A stretch of 64,000 bases of DNA from the human T2T-CHM13v2.0 reference genome, Homo sapiens: the NCBI RefSeq assembly GCF_009914755.1, contig NC_060932.1. One strand, given 5' to 3'. Made by a program: the position numbers and the translations under genes. The notes beneath the pieces are model-generated. The model was not told the DNA's origin, did not search any database, and saw only the letters and a list, made by a program, of their open reading frames with translations. This document shows positions 53,703-64,000 of this stretch, piece by piece (within the stretch, counting starts at the first letter, position 1; every line of letters begins with the position of its first letter).

Positions 53703-54749
53703 GTATCTTTTTAGTTCGGATCAGAAAGTCTAAATATTTATAACAAGAAAATGTTGATATTGTTTGGCATTGGCTAGAGAGAATTTAACTCTCATCCTGT
53801 ATTTGCCCTAGGTAGTTTCTGTGTGAATTGCATACCTACTGTAAACCCCGTGTCTCCAACATTTTTTTTTTAAAGCATGTCCCTCCTTCCATTGCATGGT
53901 GCAGGTCTCTGTGGTTTGTTTACTATTCTTGTCACCATCTTTCCTGGTGGTTCTGAGGGCATCTTGTAGTAATAATGGGGGTGGTTTGAGTAATGCATTT
54001 CAGCTGCAGAAACCCTGAACCTGAAGCCCCTTTGAAATGGATAAACTCATAATGTGTGGTGAGACTTGTCATCCAAATGAATTGCAGTTTCATGGGTTTA
54101 TCTGACTAGTTGAAATCAGTTACAGCTGCCAGATGTGTAATTTCATTACCTTTGACATACTGTGCATATTTTTAGAGGCAGTAAGCTTTGAAAATCACTA
54201 AGTGAATTTGGTAAATAAAATTGCAAAAAACTAATTTAGCTTGATAACTGGAGTAATGGGTAAATAAATTTTTTTAAAAACCTAGGTCACATAATCCCAG
54301 GCCTTCCAGCTGATAATAATTTCAGCAGTTTTGTTATACTCTGCAACAATAGTTCTTAAACTTTCAGGGGTCATGAACCCTTTCCCAAGAAAAAAGTTTT
54401 CATATAATTTCAGGGTATTTTTAAATCCCTGAATTCATTACCTCCATGGATTCTCAGTTAAGAACTCCCTAGTTCAACAAATAAAGCATCGTTTTCAGAA
54501 TTTATTTGTTTTGTTTTCAAAACATAAGTTATCAGTGTTTGGGAAGGAACTACATGTGGACTACTATAATTACATTTCTTAAAATTTTCAGCAAATTGGA
54601 GAAAGCAAACTTAAGTAGGAAAAATGTTTAATAATTGAAAAATAAAGCAAACTGAAAGCAAAGTCTGCAGATCACACCCTCCACCTTGCCAAGTCCCCCT
54701 TTGTGTGTTGTGTCCTGTAGTGTGTTTTCTTAACAGCCATGCTGTTTAG
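53703..54749 (+). other. GOLGA7: U12-type (minor spliceosome) GT-AG intron
   Basis: 5' splice site GTATCTTT (U12 consensus RTATCCTT). Branch box TTTCTTAAC at 54726-54734, ~16 nt before the AG. No polypyrimidine tract between branch and acceptor. Confidence 0.85.
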
Positions 54750-54797
54750 ATTGAAATTACCATTTATGAAGACAGAGGCATGAGCAGTGGAAGATAA
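54750..54797 (+). CDS. GOLGA7: GOLGA7 coding exon 4 (aa 123-137 plus stop; exon continues to 54812)
   Basis: tttag|ATT; IEITIYEDRGMSSGR*; total 37+51+34+15=137 aa; AAG|gtaaat donor at 54813. Confidence 0.95.
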   Translation: MEITIYEDRGMSSGR

Positions 54798-57274
54798 ACC
54801 GAAGAATTAAAGGTAAATATGAAATGATATGGCTTGTATGCAGCTTTTGCAAGTTTAGAGGATGCATGAATATTCTTCCCCGCATGGTAAATAAATCATT
54901 AAATCACGCAGTTAAATAACAGTATATTTGCTGTGTTAGCTTAAGCTAGTCACTGTATTAGCTTGATATTTAAAATGTGTATTCGGCCCAAGTTCTATTT
55001 GGTGATAGAGAATTTAATTCTGATTTTTTTTCCTGCTGTATTGTGTTCAGACTGGTTTTGTTGTTACTTTGGTGGGGGAATGGGGGATGGCAGTTACTTG
55101 GCTTGTTTTAATATTTCAAAACTATCCTAGACATATAAATACTTGGGTTTTGCATATAAGAATGAGTTCAGAGATGTCTACCTATATGACAAATGGCTTT
55201 AATAAGCAAAGGAACATTTCAGAGGGGAGTGGGGAGATTCTGAATATTTCATTTATTATGTTTAAGTGGCTTCAGACCCCTGTGGAAGAAACCTTACCTA
55301 CTGAGTAGAAACATAAATTTCATTCCTTTGTTTAAAGTATTAATGTCCTTAAATATCCAGATGCTGCCCTTTAATGAGTAAGAAACAAATTAATACTACT
55401 AAGAATCTCTAGGCAGAGTCACGTTGAAGCCCTAAGTACTTTAGCATAGCCTTCTAAGTGACAGGAAGTAGCACTTCACTATTTCTGCCAATTTTAGTTA
55501 CGTGGTCTTCCTACAGAAAGTGTTCTGCTGCTGCGCTTTTCTAGTTGACTGTGCTTATAGGTATCTGTCACTAATTAATAGACAGCACAGACACAGAATG
55601 TACCAAAGCAGACACATGTCTTCCTAGGGCAACATCAATAACAGCTACCATTTTGAGGGCACCTACTATGTGCCTGGTATTGTACAAATGGTACTTCTGA
55701 ATCTCACAAGAACCCTACAAAGTATTTCCCCATTTTATAGATGAGCAAACTCGGATACAAATAGATTAAATGATGTTCTCACAGTCACACAGTTAACGAG
55801 TATTGGGATATGAACCCAAGTCTGATTGATCGTAAAACCCCTGTCTTTTACACCGTACTTCCTCTCAGTACTTGCAGCAGCAGGAACATGGAGAAAGGGA
55901 AGAGTTCATCAGATAATTCTAGAGGTTTATCCCCTTCTCTTCTTTTTCAATACTTTAAAAAAGAATACATTTTGTCTGCTCCTGTATGATTTATTCAATC
56001 CTGTAAGCCATGCAACATTCCAGAGCTGCCTTCTTTAGCACTAGTGAATGTGTCACCTGAATTCCTGAAAGCCAAAGATCTAAATCATGATATCTATCCT
56101 CTGCCATATGTTGTATTTCCTTAAAAAGGCTTTGTTTTGGAATACTTAGTGTTACTTGTCCATACGCTTTCTCATGTACAATTTTCAAACTGATACTTCT
56201 CAAACAACCAGCAACCTTCTGTGTGGCTTTTGTTCCATGCCATGGTTTGTATATCAGTTGCAGCTGCGATGACTTGGCACAGCCCATTTGTCATGACTCA
56301 TTTTGCAGCTATTGTGTAATCATGTGTTTTTCTGATGTGTGAGGTTTGAGCAATTACACACCAGAGGCTAATCTATCAATATTCAAATAACTAGAATTTT
56401 GAAATGGGAAAGATTTACATTAATAACTTCTGGATACCCTCTTTCATGAATGCAGATATTTTTGTTCAACACAATTTCGTTTTGGGATTTGGGTGTTCCC
56501 AAGGTCCAGGATGCAATGTGAGCTGAGATCTTAGAGAAGGGGAGGAAACTCTAAGCATAATTTATTCAATTCTTCCATTTTTCTTCAGTCTGCAAGGTGT
56601 CTGCAATTTGAAGCAATATGTGGGAATTAGTGACTTAACAAAAGACTACACAAACATGAGGATGGCCTTTATTTTTAAAAGGAGCTTTAAACAAAAATGC
56701 CTTTCTTTAAGCTTAATTTTTATAATATCTTGCATATATCTTTATTATCACATTGTTATTGTTACATGCACTGGTGTTTTCTCTCTGGATTAAGATTGCC
56801 ATCTTTATATAAAATGGAATACATGATTATTCCATCACAACTAGTGATAATAAAAACAGCTAATGTTTGTTGGCACATCTGTGCCAGCACTATTCTAAAT
56901 GCTTAATTTTAATCATCACAACAACCCTATGAGGTAGATATTGTTATCCCTGTTTTTCAGATGAGGAAGCCGAGGCAGAGAGAACTTAAGTTGCTGGCCC
57001 AAGGACAAACAGCTAGTAGACAGCAGTCAAGGCAGCGTGGCTCCATGGTGATGTGCTTGGTCAGAGATCTGAATATATAGGACTTAGATTTGTAGACTAT
57101 TGAGCTGTAGACTCATTTAGACAAATGGTACCAAGATATTTTAGTAGATAAAATTCTAGGTTAGTAGAACATAGACCACATGTTATAAGCTGATATCAGT
57201 TGATGGAAGAAAAATGGTTTTACAAGTTATTTTCAGGATCTCTATCAAACCTTTACTTCTCCCTCTAATTACAG

Positions 57275-58672
57275 ATCCCACTTCCAGCCGGGCCCCTCAT
57301 GTATCCACTGGCCGACCGCAGAGTGTCCCTACCTCCTCTCCAGAGCATCATTCCTTTCTATCTGCTGCCAGAGCCACGGTGCCATTTACTCCAAGGACTC
57401 ACTTTCTAAAATTCCACACCTGGAGTGACCTCTAGTCGCTCAGCATCCACTTTGTGTCTCCAAATTGTGTAGGACTCTGTAATCTTTTGATTAGTTTCTG
57501 AGAAAACACAATGAAGCACTTCACTTTTTTTTATTCAAAGCCATTTAATAAAACACAGTTGGTCAGCCCAGTGCAAAGCTTGTTATCTGCCACCAGTACA
57601 TACCATTGGTTCTCTTCATTCCTTGGGCCAGCTTCTCAGGTGGCTTTAGACCTCAACAAGCCGTATCTTCACCAGTGTTCTATCTTGTTCCCCTAAATTA
57701 ATAAAATGTTTTTCTCCAGGATTTTGGTGAGGGTTGGCTGTGGCTGTCGTTTTGCACCTCCCAGATTTCAAAGAATTACCGGTTTTACCATGACTCAAAT
57801 CTTAAGATCTGTTTCTACTATTCAGTTCCTCAAACTGAAGCTTATTGAAAAAAAAATGTATAATGTTATTTGTTTTATTATAGCAATTATTCCTAATTAA
57901 AGCAGTATTTAATGCAATTTCCAGTTATTTCTTTGGAGAATTTTATGTCATTGTTCCATTACCTTGAATGTTGGAAAGATATGATACGTGCTGCTTGTTC
58001 ATCACAAAAATCAGTAAGCACAATAAAGTGGATGCCAAACCATCAGACACATAGATGTTCCCGCTGTGTCCCTGGATATGGAATAAGCAGGTATAAAAAA
58101 TATTTTAATTATAGTTTTGTTATAAATATAACTTATGAGAAAAAAATTTGATAGGAATAATACTGTATATTACTAATTTTTAACTATCCCTAAGGCAAAC
58201 CTTATGACCCACAGAATTTTCTCATATACAGTATTCAGTGCACAGAAATCTTATGATTGGCTCAAGTACAGTAAGTTACTTCTCAGTAAAACTCTCAAGT
58301 CTGAGTCCATATTTGTAGCTCTGCTTTTGGCTGTACGTTCCTAGGATCGGGGCTGCTTATGCCTTTCGTTTATCCTTGGGGTTTGAGAGCGCTGTATTTG
58401 GGAGAGAGTTTAAAAATACATTAGGAGAGAGAAACCATTAAAAGTTTCACTGTCAGAGATATTGTAGGTGCTAATACTGGATTTCGTCTCAGATTTAATT
58501 TCTTTTATGGGTCTGTTAGTCATTCAACAAATCCCATAAGTATGTGTTAATATTTTAATTGTGTAAAACTCATTTGTTACTTTACAGCCTGTAATAGTGT
58601 GTCTGCATTTTCAACCTGTTGCAATAACTTTGCTGAAATATTAACACATTAATAAAACTTTTCTTAAACAAA
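57275..58672 (+). other. GOLGA7: GOLGA7 terminal non-coding exon (3' UTR)
   Basis: Pyrimidine-rich acceptor ctttacttctccctctaattacag ending 57274. Repeat-free, AU-rich stretch. AATAAA at 58651 followed by TG-rich downstream sequence. Confidence 0.8.
58651..58656 (+). terminator. GOLGA7: Distal polyadenylation signal of GOLGA7
   Basis: AATAAA with upstream TGTA motifs and a downstream GT/T-rich tract (tgtctctgtgtcatatttggtggg). Confidence 0.75.
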
Positions 58673-58899
58673 TTGTCTCTGTGTCATATTTGGTGGGATT
58701 TGGTAGTAAATGATGGTAAAGTGGTAAATGATAGGACACTAAATTTGTCAGATAATACTAGAATTGTAGTAGTGTACCGTACAATGTAGCTTAGTGTTTT
58801 AAAATAAACATCTTACATTTCTATGTCACACCTCTCAATTTCTTACCTGCTTTATCTTACAACAGCAGGTATATTATAAGTAAAAATTAAGGAGTAGTC

Positions 58900-60281
58900 G
58901 TTGACAAAGCCTGCTCTCTTCCCCGGACAGCATGAGCTTCACCACTCCCTCCACCTTCTCCACCAACTACCAGTCCCTGGGCTCTGTCCAGCCGCCCAGC
59001 TATGGCACCTGGCCGGTCAGCAGCGCAGCCAGCATCTATGCAGGCACTGGGGGGCTTGGGATCCCAGATCTCCATGTCCTGTTCTACCAGTTTCTGGGGC
59101 GGCTTGGGGTCTGGGGGCCTGGCCACAGAGATGGCTGGGGGTCTGGCAGAAATGGGGGGCATCCAGAATGAGAAGGAGACCATGCAAAGCCTGAACGACC
59201 ACCTGGACTACCTGGACAGAGTGAGGAACCTGGAGACCGAGAACTGGAGGCTGGAGAGCAAAATCCAGGAGTATCTGGAGAAGAGACCCCATGTCAGAGA
59301 CTGGGGCCATTACTTCAAGACCATCAAGGAACTGAGGGCTCAGATCTTCGCAAATACTGTGGACAATGTCCACATCATTCTGCAGATCGACAATGCCCGT
59401 CTTGCTGCTGATGACTTCAGAGTCAAGTATGAGACAAGAGCTGGCCATGCGCCAGTCTGTGGAGAGCAACATCCATGGGCTCTGCAAGGTCATTGATGAC
59501 ACCAATGTCACTCTGCTGCAGCTGGAGACAGAGATGGGTGCTCTCAAGGAGGAGCTGCTCCTCATGAAGAAGAACCATGAAGAGGAAGTAAAAGGCTTGC
59601 AAGTCCAGATTGCCAACTCTGGGTTGGCCGTGGAGGTAGATGCCCCCAAATCTCAAGTCCTCGCCAAGGTCATGGCAGACATCAGGGCCCAATAGGATGA
59701 GCTGTCTCAGAAGAACTCAGAGAAGCTAGGCAAGTACTGGTCTCAGCAGACTGAGGAGAGCACCACAGTGGTCACCACACACTCTGCCAAGGTCAGAGCT
59801 GCTGAGATGACACGGAGCTGAGACGTACAGTCCAGTGCTTGGAGATTGACCTGGACTCAATGAGAAATCTGAAGACCAGCTTGTAGAACAGCCTGAGGGA
59901 GGTGGAGGCCCGCTACGCCCTGCAGATGGAGCAGCTCAACAGAATCCTGCTGTACCTGGAGTCAAAGCTGGCACAGAACTGGGCAGAGGGCCAGCGCAAG
60001 GTCCAGGAGTACAAGGACTTGCTGAACATCAGGGTCAAGCTGGAGGCTGAGATCGCCACCTACCGCCGCCTGCTGGAAGACAGCGAGGGCCTCAATCTTG
60101 GTGATGCCCTGGACAGCAGCAACTCCATGCAAACCATCCAAAAGACCACCACCCGCCAGATAGTGGATAGCAAAGTGGTGTCTGAGATCAGTGACACCAA
60201 AGTTCTGAGACATTAAGCCAGCAGAAGCAGGGTACCCTGTGGGGAGTAAGAGGCCAATAAAAAGTTCAGAGGTCAAAAAAA
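58900..60281 (+). pseudogene. Processed keratin-18 pseudogene (from memory probably KRT18P37)
   Basis: Intronless KRT18 homology from ATG 58932 (MSFTT..STFSTNY) to TAA 60216 (..KLEAEIATYRRLLE..TKVLRH). Frameshifts near 59060, 59437 and 59810; in-frame TAG at 59693 and 59884. AATAAA at 60256, short A tail. TSD AAAAATTAAGGAGTAGTC (58882-58899) / AAACATCAAGGAATAGTC (60279-60296). Confidence 0.95.
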
Positions 60282-60294
60282 CATCAAGGAATAG

Positions 60295-60620
<326 letters not shown>

Positions 60621-60711
60621 TAAAGAAATAAGACATTGGCATGTTTCATTAGGAAAAAGGCATCACAGTTATTGTTACTATCTTGGATCACCTGATGACT
60701 CAGTGTAGTTT

Positions 60712-61060
60712 TATTATTTTTTTTTCTGGGTACATAGGTGTCTATATTCACGGTGTACATGAGATGTTTTGATACAGGCATGCAATGCGTAATAATTACA
60801 GTATGTCAAATGGGCTACTCATCCCCCTCAAGCACTGTGTTACAAACAATCCAAATACAGATTCCATTTTTTGTTTTTGTTTTTGAGATGGAGTTTCGCT
60901 CTTGTCACCCAGGCTGGAGTGCAGTGGTGCAATTTTTAGTAGAGACAGGGTTTCGCCATATTGGCCAGGCTGGTCTAGAACTCCTGAACTCAGGTGATCC
61001 AACAGCCTCAGCCTCACAAAGTGCTGGGATTACAGGCGTGAGCCACCGCACCCGACCCAG
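60712..61060 (-). mobile_element. L1MA 3' fragment plus internally deleted Alu (60867-61058)
   Basis: gggtacataggtgtctatatt..tttgatacaggcatgcaatg L1MA end; Alu TSD caga(t/c)tccattt. Confidence 0.8.
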
Positions 61061-63440
61061 ACTCCATTTCTTTTAAATAAGGTAGATTTGTAGAAAATTA
61101 ACAACTTAGAAGTTACAGTCCATAGTCCAACTTTCTTTTGTAAGCTTATTTTCCTATATAAAATGTTCAATGTCTCTCCTTATCCAGTGAAACTCATAGT
61201 AAATAATACTTATATAGCCAGGAGACAAAAAAGAGGTCATAACACCTCAATTAAATTTCTTCTGTATTCCACTTAGCCCTGGCTCCTAGCATAAGTTAAA
61301 GCTACAGTTTCCCAGGAGTAACATGCTTTGTTTTTTGTTATTTGTTTTAATGTCAAAGGAAATCAGAGTACTGGTGCCATATCTGATTTATGTACTTACC
61401 TCCTCTCCCCTTCACCAGCTTCTTTCCCCCTCCAAACAAAGGAGATTGTACATTCCATGAGGGCAGAGGTGGTTTCCTACTTACCCTTGCATCCACCTCA
61501 CACTCCATGCATCCTCATACACAGTGCTACAGATACTTAGCTCTCACATGTTTGTAAAGTGCATAAATGAATGAGAGGTAAGTTGACCCATCAGGTCATT
61601 AACATCAGAATAGAATTACGGTGCTACACCTGGATTGGTGCGGCGTTTGTCTGGCTTTTGATAGGCAGTGATTTGTGTGCTCCCTTGGTAAAGTCTTCTA
61701 AAACTGGGAGGAGATATCTGTGGCTTAAGCTCCAATAGAGTGGACTTTTGCCTGGAGATAAGTACCCTTGAGGATCCCAATGCCCTTTAATTCTAGATTA
61801 GGAATTCCCAGGGAAAGGAAAGGAATTGCATCGAAACCTCTGAGTTGGGTAAAGTAAATAATAAATAAGCCTCCTGCTCATACTTTGTCCTGTATTATTC
61901 TCTATGTAACATTAAATCCAGCTATGATTGAAACTGCAAAACTTAGAAGTCTATTTCTCCTTAATTCTTTTAACTTAGTCTTCTGATAAAAGCTTATTTT
62001 CAGATAATTTCCACTTTTCAAAATTCTCTAAGGACCTAATAAAGCACAAACAATACTTTGTACTCATTTGAGTTCTTGCTACTGAATTTCTCTATGTAAA
62101 ATCAAAGTTACAAGAACAATATGAAAAAAGGTGCTTGTCACTCATTAGATAAAATGAATCAAGCACGCTTGTAATCTAACATCACCAGAGACTACTCTGT
62201 AGTGCAAACACTAACTGAAACAGGCCAGAGTCATCCCTGTCCTCATGTGTGCTTGCTGGAAGGATAAACATCGATGACTGTAACCATTACACAGTGACCA
62301 GCTTTAATGTGCAAGGGTGTCAGTGTGAATGATTTTATTCTACCCCACCCCCAAGAGCTGGAATAAATGGCTTTATGATGGTACTCTCCAGTACTGTACT
62401 CAAAACTTGGAAATGTGTAGAGAACGGCAAACATCTGATTAACATCCCATTTGCTGTGGATTGTTGGGAATGTCAAAATGGGGATTGTGGACCACCTACG
62501 TGCTAGGATTGTTAGGGGTACAGCAATACATGTATTTTGCTCCAAAATGAGTAGGCACAGAATTACAGAACCAAAATAAAGATCTTGGCTCTTCTGAATT
62601 ATATCCTAAGTTCTTCCCATATATGTACCTCAAATGCTGCAGATACGAAGTTCTGTGAAATTCTGCCTACAACCAGGAAGCCCTATGGGAACTTAACGCC
62701 TACTCTTTACATTTTTAAGCCTCCATTTTGCAAAAAAAAAAAAAAAAAAAAAAAAGTTTTTATGAGTTAGGCACTACCAAAGATCTTTGGTTAAGGGTTA
62801 TTGTCAAGTGAAAACAAGTTTATGCTAGCAGGATGTTGTGGGTTTTTAAAAAAATAGTATCTGAGCAATAAAAGGATTTATTGACTTAGTAACTTATCTA
62901 ACTTTGTGCTGTCACATTTTACTTTGCTAGTGAAATCTTTAATCTTCAGATTTATAAACTATCTTTGAAGAAATATTTCGTTTCACCTACAAAGAGTTCT
63001 TTAAAAAAAAAAAGCAGGAGACCTAAAAATCCACCTATTAGCTGCCATATCTGTTGTTCTTGATCTTTCTGTTTCTGTTCATGTATATATCCTCTTACCT
63101 CATGTTTTAACAGACCTGTTTATTGCCAGGAAATGATAATAACTTGTATTCAAAATGTTTTGTTAATTACTCTTCACGGAGCAGCCGAGTGTCAAACAAC
63201 ATAGCTAGCTCAGATTCTGGGATGTGCAAGGGCTGAGAAACATAGATGTGATCTTTTCCTCCCAACAAAAGGATTCATGTGCACAACTTGCACATCTTTG
63301 TTTATCTCATAAAATCTACAAATGTTTTACTTAGTCCAGTTTCTACTTTCTTAGATATTTGAAGAATTATGCGCTTGAAAATCAACATCTGTGATTCTCG
63401 TTTCTAATTTTAAAATGAAGAGTGCTTCAGTTAACAATTA

Positions 63441-64000
<560 letters not shown>

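Noticed and set aside
59017-59649. 210-aa antisense ORF
   Set aside because: Shadow frame of keratin coding sequence.
58932-60216. Functional keratin gene
   Set aside because: Intronless, several frameshifts, two nonsense codons, A tail and TSD.

Overview
This is human (primate) genomic DNA, not microbial. It is dense in Alu, L1, LTR and DNA-transposon repeats. It holds one intact protein-coding gene, GOLGA7 (GCP16, 137 aa, + strand): CpG-island promoter at ~38 kb, four coding exons (38550-38660, 45203-45355, 53601-53702, 54750-54797) and a non-coding last exon ending ~58.67 kb. A disabled processed KRT18 pseudogene follows ~230 bp later on the same strand. The first ~37 kb is intergenic and mostly repeats. 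I see no evidence of a new multi-gene system. The most notable signals are a U12-type (minor spliceosome) intron in GOLGA7, a human-specific L1HS-Ta twin-primed insertion in a GOLGA7 intron, three locally templated patchwork or inverted insertions at 20-29.5 kb that look like repair scars, and a MER41 LTR retaining a STAT (GAS) motif. Repeat subfamily names come from my recall of consensus sequences, and repeat boundaries are approximate unless a target-site duplication (TSD) is quoted.
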